This document shows, one piece after another, positions 23,002 to 36,230 of a DNA stretch of 64,000 nt (position 1 is the stretch's first letter; each line of letters starts with the position of its first letter). This stretch comes from Octopus sinensis. Taxonomy: Eukaryota. Under the pieces are notes generated by a model that was not told where the DNA came from, made no database searches, and was given only the letters and a program-made list of their open reading frames with translations. A program made the translations under genes and the position numbers. The stretch lies in the NCBI RefSeq assembly GCF_006345805.1, contig NC_042997.1:210738001-210802000 (forward strand), given 5' to 3'.

Positions 23002-23489
23002 CATTGGTTGTTAAGCAACAAGACGGGTAAGGGTGATTAGGTGATGGTCTAGGGCTTAGGGGCGGGAGACCCCAGACCTTGGGAAAAAAAACTTTCGTCT
23101 TGTTGTAGTCGAAGGCTCTTCGTTGACGCCCGACACCACTGGGAGGTGGTGCTGTTGTTGGTGTTATTATTGCTGCTGCAGTTGATGTTGTGGTTGTTGT
23201 TGATGATGATGTTACTATTGTGGTAATGGCCTCGTCAACGATAGAAGATTCCCGGTGGTTTGTGCCACTAATTTCTTTTTAATGGAACTGTTAACTATAA
23301 GTAAACGAAGGCGGTTAAAGTGAGCAGTTAAAATGATCAAAGCTGCAACTTACAATATATGCAATTAAATGTGTATTCACTTTCGAAAGAAAATAAAGAA
23401 AATTGAGAATATTACATATTGATGCGAATGATGATGATAACGAAGATGATGATGATTGATATCACATAAGCGATTGTACACCAAGAAGT

Positions 23490-23735
23490 AGCCCCGAAGC
23501 TGGTTCAGCATTCAATGTGTTCTTGGATTTAATTTTTAAGGAAACCAAAGTCGAAAGTAGAGTTTTGTTCTCTGCTGTCGTAAAATAAAAGGCAATAAAA
23601 CTGCGATTGCTTTCTTCTGTCAATCTGGATATTCTTTTTGACAGCCAAAATTAAATCAGGGAATCGTTCTCTAACTTATGAATTAAAGAAGTCTGAGAGT
23701 TCCAATAAGGAATCCATTTTCTGTCGCCTTTAATT
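23490..23735 (-). mobile_element. hAT (Buster/Charlie-like) transposase C-terminal dimerisation-domain remnant
   Basis: With frameshifts reads LLELSD...FWLSK.EYPD...AIAVLLPF...LSTLVSLKIKSKNTLNAEP, resembling the hAT consensus FW...EYP.L...A...LLPF.T....E..FS.L...KTK.RN.L. Confidence 0.55.
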
Positions 23736-23904
23736 GCTGCAATATTTCTTTATTTCCTGTTTTGACTCTGAATCCATCTCTAATCTGCATTAATCTACAA
23801 ATATTGGGTGAGGATGGTATTTAAATATTTCATAAACCCCACGAGGGATTTGGGGTGGTGGTTAATTATACTCAAAGTTAATATCAACTGTGGGCAGTGA
23901 GTGA

Positions 23905-24090
23905 GCCGGCAGAATCATTACCCCCCCCCCCCGCAAAAGTTGCTTTGTGGCAGTTATTTCGTCTTTATGCTCTAAGTTCAAATTCTGCCGGGGTCGACTT
24001 TGCCTTTAATCCTTTTGGGGTCGATTAAATACATACCAATTGAGTACTGGGAGTCGTCGTAATCGACTTACTGAAATTACTGGCCTTGTG
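23905..24090 (+). mobile_element. Old SINE family A-related copy
   Basis: GTTCAAATTCTGCCGGGGTCGACTTTGCCTTTAATCCTTTTGGGGTCGAT. Confidence 0.7.
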
Positions 24091-24142
24091 CCAAAATTTG
24101 AATTCAGTATTACCCATGAGTCATTTCTACTCAGTCTGACGT

Positions 24143-24212
24143 GGAGGGACAATGGCCCAGTGGTTAGGGAAGCGGATTCGCGGTCATAGGATCGCGGTTT
24201 CGATTTCCAGAC
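24143..24212 (+). mobile_element. SINE family C head only
   Basis: GGAGGGACAATGGCCCAGTGGTTAGGG...GGTTTCGATTTCCAGAC. Confidence 0.8.
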
Positions 24213-24520
24213 TCTTTAGTTGATTGTTTTTTCCATTCATTTTTCTTATGGCGACATTTATTGGCTTATTTGCACATTTAAGATGATGTCTTGCTAACTA
24301 AATGACAATTTGGTTGCTTACATGTACAAGCTGATTATGTGGTTCCATAAATAATATAAAATGGCCAATAATTTTCACGACTGGCATCAATGAAACCAAA
24401 CATCACAGATTCATCAGAATATTTTCTGGTTCATAGAATTTCGTCCTTGTTGTTATTCCTGCAAACCTCTTCATCGTTTAATCGTTTCTTGTTGTTATCT
24501 TGGTTTTTAATAGTCTGAAC

Positions 24521-24600
24521 GTCAGTTAATCTGCGTTTAGTTAATCTGCGTCAGTTAATCTGCGTTTAGTTAATCTGCGTCAGTTAATCTGCGTTTAGTT
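24521..24600. repeat. 29-bp tandem repeat (14+15-bp subunits), ~2.8 copies
   Basis: (GTCAGTTAATCTGCGTTTAGTTAATCTGC)n. Confidence 0.9.
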
Positions 24601-25331
24601 CACCTGAGCTGTTTGTCCATTTCGTTATTGGAAAATTATTTCCGAGTAAATAAATTAGAACAAAAATCAATAAGAAATAAATTTTGAACAATAAATTAAA
24701 ACAAATTTTGATTTGATAATGATAAATCTAATTAATACCACCACCAATAATTAGTTTAATTAATAGTGATGGTTTAAAGCAGGCGAAATAGTGGTGAATC
24801 CAATATTATATGACGGTTTTAAAACAAAAAATATTGAAAATAAATATATGGCCGAATTTCTAGAATACCGTTTATATTGGTAGAATTAGTTCCAAGAAGG
24901 CTGTTTAACCGTTTTGTTACTCTGGTTGTATCCCCCATCGTAGTCACTTCCAATATTTGACTCAGTTAACAAATAAAGCAATACCATACGATTTGCCATA
25001 TTTTCTTCCTCACCCTACACTCGAACTCACTAATTCAATCTAACTCCTTATATGTAGAAGTTTTTTTTTTATGTTCCTGTGTTGTATAGAACAGTTCTAA
25101 TACTTTCTGAAGACTGAAATCATTTTCTAGCGACTTGTATAGGGTAGCAGACCATAAATTGATAGATTTTGCTCTAAAGGTATCGAAGAGCCACTCTGAT
25201 ACAACAACAGCAGAAGATACGATGGTTATACTGTGATAAGGCAATAAATAGAAAATGTATTGACTCTACAAAACTAAGAGGGAGAAGAATTTAATCCACA
25301 AACTACGCAAAGTCGCTGCCCTGACGAGAAA

Positions 25332-25729
25332 TCTTTATATATAAAAGTGAGGTTGTGTGCTGTCTGTCTCCTACGATTTAGATTCCTAACTACTCCCACA
25401 TTTTGCGGTGCAGTTTAACCAAAACCGGGTATCTTATAGTCGTGATTCATATCGAGCTCTTCTGGGTATTAGCACACGTCTACGATGAGTCTACGATTTT
25501 TAAAAAAATACCATCAATTTTTCCCATTTTTTAATGTATTTTTGGCATATATAAGGGAAGTAACTCTCTAAAAATTTATTATTAAATCTCAGTACGTAAA
25601 AAGCTACAGTAACACCCCTCCCCCTTTGTGGTTAGCCATATTGAGATGGCTATTATACTTTACATCTCTAAAAATGCTTATATAGTTATTTCCCTTACAA
25701 ACCCGAGCAACGCCGGGCGATACTGCTAG
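25332..25729 (+). mobile_element. Non-autonomous Helitron
   Basis: A|TC 5' end (TCTTTATATATAAAAG), subterminal hairpin CCCGAGCAACGCCGGG and 3' CTAG|T. Second copy at 48308-48703. Confidence 0.85.
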
Positions 25730-25999
25730 TCTTATATACAGCTTGTAGACATCGGCTGTGAGTCTTGAACTTGGAAAAATAGAAGAAAGAACCGTCTCGT
25801 AGTTCTGCTTCGGTTTGTCAGAGGCCGTTTACTAAACATTCTCCTGATATTTCTGTATTGGCTTGGATCTTTGCTAAAGAATTATCTCGAAACATATCAA
25901 GATATCATGGATACTGAGGCATCGATTAACTATTCCTAACGTTTCGATTTCAATATTGTAAAGTTTTAATTGCACGCCCAGACATATACGTACCTACAC

Positions 26000-26048
<49 letters not shown>

Positions 26049-26051
26049 TAC

Positions 26052-26855
26052 ACTCTCTTTTACTCTTTTACTTGTTTCAGTCATTTGACTGCGGCCATGC
26101 TGGAGCACCGACTTTAATCGAGCAACTCAACCCCGGGACTTATTCTTTTGTAAGCCCAGTACTTATGCTATCGGTCTCTTTTGCCGAACCGCTAAGTGAC
26201 GGGGACGTAAACACACCAGCATCGGTTGTCAAGCAATGCTAGGGGGAGCCAAACACAGACACACAAACACACACACACATACATACATATATATATATAC
26301 ATATATACGACAGGCTTCTTTCAGTTTCCGTCTACTAAATCCACTCACAAGGCATTGGTCGGCCCGGGGCTATAGCAGAAGGCACTTACCCAAGATACCA
26401 CGCAGTGGGACTGAACCCGGAACCATGTGGTTGGTTAGCAAGCTACTTACCACACAGCCACTCCTGCGCCTATACTCTTACTCTTTTACTCTCTCTTTAC
26501 TCTTTTACTTGTTTCAGTCATTTGACTGCGGCCATGCTGGAGCACCACCTTTTAGTACTTATTCTATCGGTCTCTTTTTGCCGAACCGCTAAGTGACGGG
26601 GACCTAAATACACCAGCATCGGTTGTCAAGCAATGCTAGGGGGACAAACACAGACACACAAACACACGCATACATATATATATACATATATACGACAGGC
26701 TTCTTTCAGTTTCCGTCTACCAAATCCACTCACAAGGCATTGGTCGGCCCGGGGCTATAGCAGAAGACACTTGCCCAAGATGCCACGCAGTGGGACTGAA
26801 CCCGCAACCGTGTGGTTGGTTAGCAAGCTACTTACCACACAGCCACTCCTGCGCC
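26052..26855 (-). mobile_element. Two tandem SINE family B copies
   Basis: Copies ~26052-26470 and ~26475-26855. The second has an internal deletion. Confidence 0.9.
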
Positions 26856-27207
26856 TATGTATTATATATATATATGTGTAAATATATTTTGGCAAACTTT
26901 GTCCTTCTTGTTTTTAATGTTTATTGTCTGAACACCGCTACATATGTAGATATACATTACAAATATTATTGCAATACAACAGAATTATTTTCCAGTTAAA
27001 TAAAGCACAGCAAAGGTGGGTTATCCATTCTAGGTTGTCCATTTATTCGGCGTTCTTCCAAGAGGTAAGACAAAATTCATTTTATGTTCGCCGCCCGCAC
27101 ACATCTTTGCCTCTATACATTCAGTGAAGCTTTACATAGAGTCGTACGGTTATCGACTGCTATTTCCAGCAAACATTGGTGCCTAGTTGTGGAACTGTTT
27201 CATATAT

Positions 27208-27594
27208 ACTCTTTTACTTGTTTCAGTCATTTTGACTGTGGCCATGCTGGAGCACCGCCTTTAGTCGAGCAAATCAACACCAGGACTTATTCTTTGTAAG
27301 CCCAGTACTTATTCTATTGGTCTCTTTTGCCGAACCGCTAAGTTACGGGGACGTTAACACACCAGCATCGGTTGTCAGACAGATACACAAACATATACAT
27401 ACACACATATATATATATATATACATATATATGACGGGCTTCTTTCAGTTTCCGTCTACCAAATCCACTCACAAGGCTTTGGTCGGCCCGAAGATATAGT
27501 AGAAGACACTTGCCCAAGGTGTCACGCAGGGGGACTGAACCCGGAACCATGTGGTTGGTAAACAAGCTACTTACCACACAGCCACTCCTACGCC
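27208..27594 (-). mobile_element. SINE family B
   Basis: Near full-length match. Confidence 0.9.
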
Positions 27595-27607
27595 TATATA
27601 TATATTG

Positions 27608-27805
27608 CAGAGATGTACTTGCATAGCAAGTGACCTGATCTGAGATGGTGTGCTGGAACGAAAACAATTGCAGCGTGGAAGGTGTTTGTAAGCCATTTAA
27701 GAAACACACAAAACCCGTTAGATTCACTTCAACATTTAAATTTAATTTGCCAAAACATTTCCGTCGCTTTGAGACCGCGACCTGTTCACTGACAAAATTC
27801 CGTGC
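27608..27805. mobile_element. Repeat family D, non-inverted copy
   Basis: Matches 1061-1253. The minus strand carries the same GTGAACAG-GTCGC..GCGAC motif with an A13G change. Confidence 0.75.
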
Positions 27806-28390
27806 GACTTCGGCTGGCTTCTTTACCATTAAACCAAACTGCCCGCTGACAACGTCATCCGCCGAATTAGACGCTAAATATTTTAGCCTCCATAGAACAA
27901 CCATGTGTGTATAAACGTAGACAAGCATTTTTTTAAAATTAGAAACGTCGAAATGTGTTGTTGACAAATTTTTCCGCCTTGTAAGGGGAATTTATCCAGT
28001 ATTTCTAACGTTCAAACGACAACTCTGCGTTCGAAAAATATCATCTTTTTATTTCTATCGTACAGTACGCATTTCGACGCTTTTAATTAAAAAAATATTT
28101 GTTTGTTTAGATTTATTCACAGATGGTTGTTCTATAAAGCTAAAGTATTTAGCTTCTAATTCGGCGGATGAATTTGTCAGCGGGCAGTTTAACTTCATCT
28201 TACTTTTCGCCTTATTTCGCGAAGAACCGCTGCCATCTGCAGCTTACAGACGTTCCATTATCATTCGATGTCAGAAATATCGAGAACCTGAATTTGTGAC
28301 TGGTTGGTTAGAAACCTACATTTAACAACACCATTGTTCCCCTTAAGCAGTGTTAATTACGTAACCGGAGAAAGCAGATATGTAATGAGA

Positions 28391-28770
28391 GAAGCACTCC
28401 GTCGGTTACGACGATGAGGGTTCCGGTTGATCCGATCAACGGAACAGCCTGCTCGTGAAATTAACGTGTAAGTGGCTGAGCACTCCACAGACACGTGTAC
28501 CCTTAACGTAGTTCTCGAGGATATTCAGCGTGACACAGAGAGTGACAAGGCCGGCCCTTTGAAATACAGGTACGACAGAAACAGGAAGTAAGAGTGAGAG
28601 AAAGTTGTGGTGAAAGAGTACAGCAGGGATCACCACCATCCCCTGCCGGAGCCTCGTGGAGCTTTAGGTGTTTTCGCTCAATAAACACCCACAACGCCCG
28701 GTCTGGGAATCGAAACCGCGATCCTACGACCGCGAGTCCGCTGCCCTAACCACTGGGCCATTGCGCCTCC
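28391..28770 (-). mobile_element. SINE family C with target-site duplication
   Basis: Full copy. ATATGTAATGA occurs at 28378-28388 and 28771-28781. Confidence 0.92.
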
Positions 28771-29760
28771 ATATGTAATGACCAACCAATTAACACTCTC
28801 TGTCTCTCCGTCAGTAGCAATATGATTCATGTTTTACCTTAACTCTCAAACCCGATATATTTTCACATTCCTTAACGAACGATCGAAATATCAAACATGC
28901 AACAACAAACCAAATGAGCAACGAAGACAACACAGCTCGCATTTTCCTCTCCTTGGGCACATCTCTCCTCAACTCATTTACTTATCTTCTTTACGTCAAA
29001 TGACGTCCATTTCCGATAATCTATGTCATGTTTTTCTCTCCCACTTGTTTACAGCCAGCACAACTCTGCCGTATTCCTCCAGTCACACGTATAGCTGTCT
29101 CCGTTCGCTGGCCAGCCGAGCTCCTTACCAGTTCCTTTTGTCAACACCCACACGCGTCAAATCACCTTCAGCCATTTCAATTCTTGTCAAAGTGAATTCT
29201 TCCGATTATCTTTTGTCACTTTCTGTTTCCTGTCATCTTTAATTGATGCTGAAGTCTCTCTCGCTCTCTCTCGGCAGATAAACACCACACATTTTAAAGA
29301 TCGACAATCAATCATTATTCAATAAAATATTCTTCAAATATTACAAGAGATTATTTCTGCCAGTACGTATATCAAAATACACACACACTCACACACACAC
29401 ACAAACACACACACACACACGCACACACGCCTACACGCACGCCTACACACACAGACATACAGACATATGTGCGTATGCATACATGCATGTATGTACGTAT
29501 GTATGTATGCATGTATGTATATGTAAGGACGTATGTATATATGTATGTATACATATATACACACACACATATGTACATACATACATGCACGTATGTATGT
29601 ATGTATATATATATATACATATATATATACATACACATGCATATACATACGTGTGTGCGTGTGTTTATGTATATACACCCATCGCTGCGTGTGGCATTGC
29701 TAAAATCGCTCTTTATTCTTCCACTTCATAATCCAACGATATATATATATATATATATAT

Positions 29761-32700
29761 CAACAATCAAGGAACGGCCATAATAGGCCATTCACCCACT
29801 AGAAATAACAGCCAAAGCTTCAACCGCAAATAAAGATCAATTCCGTAAACAGGAGAAAATTTAAAAAAACATTTACCCTGTAATCTTGTACGATGCACCG
29901 TTTCGTCTGCTGTTTAATGGTAAACTAACCTGATTAAATTAAATCAAGCCAATCTTCCATAGGCCCTCAGATTCTTCAGCAAGAAATAGCCAAGTCGGAA
30001 CAGATATTTACACGAGGCATTTCCGACCCTGCCAAGTTATATCTGACCTAAAATTTTCAAATCGTCGCACTCGCGCCAAATTTATCGGCAGCAAATAAAT
30101 ATAAGCCGTCGATTCCATTACGGAATTAACCAGAAAATTCATAATTAATCAATATAGGGTGGTGAAAAATTTTTGTAGAATTCTTTTTGCCACCAGCGGC
30201 CCAGTGGGAAAAAAAGTACCAATTTCATAGACCATTTTTAAGTATCACAACAATCAAGGAACGGCCATAATAGGCCATTCACCCACTAGAAATAACAGCC
30301 AAAGCTTCAACCGCAAATAAAGATCAATTCCGTAAACAGGAGAAAATTTAAAAAAACATTTACCCTGTAATTTCTTGTACGATGCACCGTTTCGTCTGCT
30401 GTTTAATGGTAAAATAACCTGATTAAATTAAATCAAGCCAATCTTCCATAGCCCTCAGATTCTTCAGCAAGAAATAGCCAAGTCGGAACAGATATTTACA
30501 CGAGGCATTTCCGACCCTGCCAAGTTAATATCTGACCTAAAATTTTCAAATCGTCGCACTCGCGCCAAATTTATCGGCAGCAAATAAATATAAGCCGTCG
30601 ATTCCATTACGGAATTACCAGAAAATTCATAATTAATCAATATAGGGTGGTCAAAAAAAGAATTCTACAAAAATTTTTTTGACCACCCTATATTGATTAA
30701 TTATGAATTTTCTGGTTAATTCCGTAATGGAATCGACGGCTTATATTTATTTGCTGCCGATAAATTTGGCGCGAGTGCGACGATTTGAAAATTTTAGGTC
30801 AGATATTAATGGCAGGTCGTCGGAAATGCCTCGTGTAAATATCTGTTCCGACTTGGCTATTTCTTGCTGAAGAATCTGAGGGCCTATGGAAGATTGGCTT
30901 GATTTAATTTAATCAGGTTAGTTTACCATTAAACAGCAGACGAAACGGTGCATCGTACAAGAAATTACAGGGTAAATGTTTTTTTAAATTTTCTCCTGTT
31001 TACGGAATTGATCTTTATTTGCGGTTGAAGCTTTGGCTGTTATTTCTAGTGGGTGAATGGCCTATTATGGCCGTTCCTTGATTGTTGATGTTGAACTTAA
31101 AAATGGTCTATGACTATTTAATTTTTTCCCACTGGGCCGCTGGTGGCAAAAAGAATTCTACAAAATTTTTTTCACCACCCTATATTGATTAATTATGAAT
31201 TTTCTGGTTAATTCCGTAATGGAATCGACGGCTTATATTTATTTGCTGCCGATAAATTTGGCGCGAGTGCGACGATTTGAAAATTTTAGGTCAGATATTA
31301 ACTTGGCAGGGTCGGAAATGCTCGTGTTAAATATCTGTTCCGACTTGGCTATTTCTTGCTGAAGAATCTGAGGGCCTATGGAAGATTGGCTTGATTTAAT
31401 TTAATCAGGTTAGTTTACCATTAAACAGCAGACGAAACGGTGCATCGTACAAGAAATTACAGGGTAAATGTTTTTTTAAATTTTTTCCTGTTTACGGAAT
31501 TGATCTTTATTTGCGGTTGAAGCTTTGGCTGTTATTTCTAGTGGGTGAATGGCCTATTATGGCCGTTCCTTGATTGTTGATGTTGAACTTAAAAATGGTC
31601 TATGACTATTTAATTTTTTCCCACTGGGCCGCTGGTGGCAAAAAGAATTCTACAAAAATTTTTTTCACCACCCTATATTGATTAATTATGAATTTTCTGG
31701 TTAATTCCGTAATGGAATCGACGGCTTATATTTATTTGCTGCCGATAAATTTGGCGCGAGTGCGACGATTTGAAAATTTTAGGTCAGATATTAACTTGGC
31801 AGGGTCGGAAATGCCTCGTGTAAATATCTGTTCCGACTTGGCTATTTCTTGCTGAAGAATCTGAGGGCCTATGGAAGATTGGCTTGATTTAATTTAATCA
31901 GGTTAGTTTACCATTAAACAGCAGACGAAACGGTGCATCGTACAAGAAATTACAGGGTAAATGTTTTTTTAAATTTTCTCCTGTTTACGGAATTGATCTT
32001 TATTTGCGGTTGAAGCTTTGGCTGTTATTTCTAGTGGGTGAATGGCCTATTATGGCCGTTCCTTGATTGTTGATGTTGAACTTAAAAATGGTCTATGACT
32101 ATTTAATTTTTTCCCACTGGGCCGCTGGTGGCAAAAAGAATTCTACAAAAATTTTTTTCACCACCCTATATTGATTAATTATGAATTTTCTGGTTAATTC
32201 CGTAATGGAATCGACGGCTTATATTTATTTGCTGCCGATAAATTTGGCGCGAGTGCGACGATTTGAAAATTTTAGGTCAGATATTAACTTGGCAGGGTCG
32301 GAAATGCCTCGTGTAAATATCTGTTCCGACTTGGCTATTTCTTGCTGAAGAATCTGAGGGCCTATGGAAGATTGGCTTGATTTAATTTAATCAGGTTAGT
32401 TTACCATTAAACAGCAGACGAAACGGTGCATCGTACAAGAAATTACAGGGTAAATGTTTTTTTAAATTTTCTCCTGTTTACGGAATTGATCTTTATTTGC
32501 GGTTGAAGCTTTGGCTGTTATTTCTAGTGGGTGAATGGCCTATTATGGCCGTTCCTTGATTGTTGATGTTGAACTTAAAAATGGTCTATGACTATTTAAT
32601 TTTTTCCCACTGGGCCGCTGGTGGCAAAAAGAATTCTACAAAAATTTTTTTCACCACCCTATATTGATTAATTATGAATTTTCTGGTTAATTCCGTAATG

Positions 32701-33646
32701 GAATCGACGGCTTATATTTATTTGCTGCCGATAAATTTGGCGCGAGTGCGACGATTGAAAATTTTAGGTCAGATATTAACTTGGCAGGGTCGGAAATGCC
32801 TCGTGTAAATATCTGTTCCGACTTGGCTATTTCTTGCTGAAGAATCTGAGGGCCTATGGAAGATTGGCTGATTTAATTTAATCAGGTTAGTTTACCATTA
32901 AACAGCAGACGAAACGGTGCATCGTACAAGAAATTACAGGGTAAATGTTTTTTTAATTTTCTCTGTTTACGGAATTGATCTTATTTGCGGTTGAAGCTTT
33001 GGCTGTTATTTCTAGTGGGTGAATGGCCTATTATGGCCGTTCCTTGATTGTTGATGTTGAACTTAAAAATGGTCTATGACTATTTAATTTTTTCCCACTG
33101 GGCCGCTGGTGGCAAAAAGAATTCTACAAAAATTTTTTCACCACCCTATATTGATTAATTATGAATTTTCTGGTTAATTCCGTAATGGAATCGACGGCTT
33201 ATATTATTTGCTGCCGATAAATTTGGCGCGAGTGCGACGATTTGAAAATTTTAGGTCAGATATTAACTTGGCAGGGTCGGAAATGCCTCGTGTAATATCT
33301 GTTCCGACTTGGATTTCTTGCTGAAGAATCTGAGGGCCTATGGAAGATTGGCTTGATTTAATTTAATCAGGTTAGTTTACCATTAAACAGCAGACGAAAC
33401 GGTGCATCGTACAAGAAATTACAGGGTAAATGTTTTTTTAATTTTCTCCTGTTTACGGATTGATCTTTATTTGCGGTTGAAGCTTTGGCTGTTATTTCTA
33501 GTGGGGAATGGCCTATTATGGCCGTTCCTTGATTGTTGATGTTGAACTTAAAAATGGTCTATGACTATTTAATTTTTTCCCACTGGGCCGCTGGTGGCAA
33601 AAAGAATTCTACAAAAATTTTTTTCACCACCCTATATTGATTAATT
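29761..33646. repeat. Tandem array of ~490-bp units with internal inversion (about 1.85 forward + 6 reverse units)
   Basis: The marker CCGTTCCTTG recurs at 31071, 31563, 32056, 32549, 33037 and 33522. Reverse-complement units occupy 29761-30659. Both ends abut (TA)n. Confidence 0.95.
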
Positions 33647-33666
33647 ATATATATATATATATATAT

Positions 33667-34070
33667 ACTCTTACTCTTTTACTCTTTTACTTGTTTCAGT
33701 CATTTGACTGCGGCCATGCTGGAGCACCGCCTTTAGTCGAGCAAATCGACCCCGGGACTTATTCTTTGTTAGCCCAGTACTTATTCTATCGCTCTCTTTT
33801 TGCCGAACCGCTAAGTGACGGGGACGTAAACACATCAGCATCGGTTGTCAAGCAATGCTAGGGGGACAAACACAGACACACAAACACATATATATATATA
33901 CATATATACGATAGGCTTCTTTCAGTTTCCGTCTACCAAATCCACTCACAAGGCATTGGTTGGCCCGAGGCTATAGCAGAAGACACTTGCCCAAGATGCC
34001 ACGCAATGGGACTGAACCCGGAATCATGTGGTTGGTTAGCAAGCTACTTACCACACAGCCACTCCGCGCC
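33667..34070 (-). mobile_element. SINE family B
   Basis: Full-length match. Confidence 0.9.
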
Positions 34071-34281
34071 TATATATATATATTATATATATAATATTTA
34101 TATATTATATATATATATATTATATATATTTATTATATATATAATTATATATATATACATATATATATTATTTATATATATACACATATATATAAATACA
34201 TATATATATATATTATATGCATATATATAACTATATATATATATTATATATATATATATAATAATATATATATATAATATA

Positions 34282-34313
<32 letters not shown>

Positions 34314-34410
34314 CTTTTCCCCCCTCTCACCACACATTCTGCAATTGTGAGTGCAGTGTATTTGACGAGACGGGTAGACAGCAGACGTAGGCGGGTTATA
34401 TATATACATA

Positions 34411-34441
<31 letters not shown>

Positions 34442-35112
34442 TACTATATATATATATTATATAATATATATATATAAAATACATACATACATATATATTT
34501 AAAATATATATATATATATATATAATCCTAATTTTTCTACAACTTATTCCCGTGTTGCTATTTTGTTACACATTAGCAACATGCGACTGTCTTAAGATCG
34601 CACCATTGATATTCAAATATTTTAAGATTTGGGAATATCTATGATTTAAATAAATACATTAAAATTCATTCTGCCATTTAATGTATGGTAACCGAAAATA
34701 TCTTAGGAATTTACTGAGAATGCAACACGTGACTTTGCAAATGATGAGTTAAACTTCCTGTGCAGATATTATGAACAGACTTTAAAGATTAAATATTTGA
34801 TGGCTTGCACAAACCACTGATGTCTGTCAGAGGAATTTGGTTTCAATAAAATTCCATAATAATCTTCACTTTTTCGAAATAGTAACATCAAAACTAATCT
34901 GGTTAATGTGTGTTGGTATACAATGGCAATCCACAAGTGATTCTGACGGTTGATGGTGATGTCTAAGATTATGAAACTGGCGTGGATGGTGATGATTAGC
35001 GTGGATAGATGATGAAGGTTAACAAATAAAACCATTTCGTAACAGTCGCCATATTTTCTCCCATACTCCTACACTCAAACTTACTAATTCAAGTGAATAA
35101 ACCTAATTCCTT

Positions 35113-35305
35113 ACTCTCTCTCTTTTACTTGTTTCAGTCATTTGACTGCAGCCTTTAGTCGAGCAAATCGACCCCGGGACTTATTCTTTGTAAGCCCAGT
35201 ACTTATTCTATCGGTCTCTTTTTGCCGAACTGCTAAGTGACGGGGACGTCAACACACCAGCATCGGTTGTCAAGCAATGCTAGGGGGACAAACACAGACA
35301 TACAA

Positions 35306-35336
<31 letters not shown>

Positions 35337-35502
35337 CATATATACGACAGGCTTCTTTCAGTTTCCGTCTACCAAATCCACTCACAAGTCATTGGTCGGC
35401 CCGGGGCTATAGCAAAAGACACTTACCCAAGATGCCACGCAGTCGGACTGAACCCGGAACCATGTGGTTGGTTAGCAAGCTACTTACCACACAGCCACTC
35501 CT
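35113..35502 (-). mobile_element. SINE family B
   Basis: Near full-length, with a small deletion near the tail. Confidence 0.9.
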
Positions 35503-35773
35503 CCTTACATGTAAAAGATTTCTTTCTCTTTTTGTTCCTTCATGTTTCTGTGTTTTATAAGACGGTTATTCTAATATTTTCTGAAAATTGGAATTATTTC
35601 CTACCGACCAGAAGTGATGTAGAAAACTAGGCTTGGAGTCAAAATTATTATTTCTATCAATTAATAACTTATTTAATTAAATATGTTATTACATGGATGT
35701 TTTCTTGAAGTATAAATTTAATTTCTTTGTAGTCCCATGGATTTATATTTGGAAACAGATGTGGCCGTGTGGG

Positions 35774-36230
35774 GGCGCAGGAGTGGCTGTGTGATAAGTA
35801 GCTTGCTTAACAATTACATGGTTCCGGGTCCAGTCCCACTGAGTGGCCCCTGGGGCAAGTGTCTTCAACTATAGCCTCGGGCCCACCAATGCCTTGTGAG
35901 TGGATTTGGTAGACGGAAACTGAAAGAAGCCTGTCGTATATATATATATGTATGTATATATATGTGTGTGTGTGTATGTTTGTGTGTGTGTCTGTGTGTG
36001 TGTGTGTCTATGTGTCTGTGTTTGTCCCCTAGCAACGCTTGATAACCGATGCTGGTGTGTTTACGTTTCCGTAACTTAGCGGTTCGGCAAAAAGAGACCG
36101 ATAGAATAAGTACTAGGCTTACAAAGAATAAGTCCTAGGGTCGATTTGCTCGACTAGAGAGGATGCTCCAGCATGGCCGCAGTCAAATGACTGAAACGAA
36201 TAATAGAAAATAAAATAAAAGAATAAAAGA
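35774..36230 (+). mobile_element. SINE family B
   Basis: GGCGCAGGAGTGGCTGTG...CCAGCATGGCCGCAGTCAAATGACTGAAAC. Confidence 0.9.

Noticed and set aside
27338-27967. 209-aa ORF
   Set aside because: It runs across SINE B, a TA tract and family D, so it is a composite of repeats.
29761-33646. CRISPR-like array or rDNA/5S cluster
   Set aside because: Units are identical along their full length (no unique spacers), and no rRNA, tRNA or snRNA motif was recognised.
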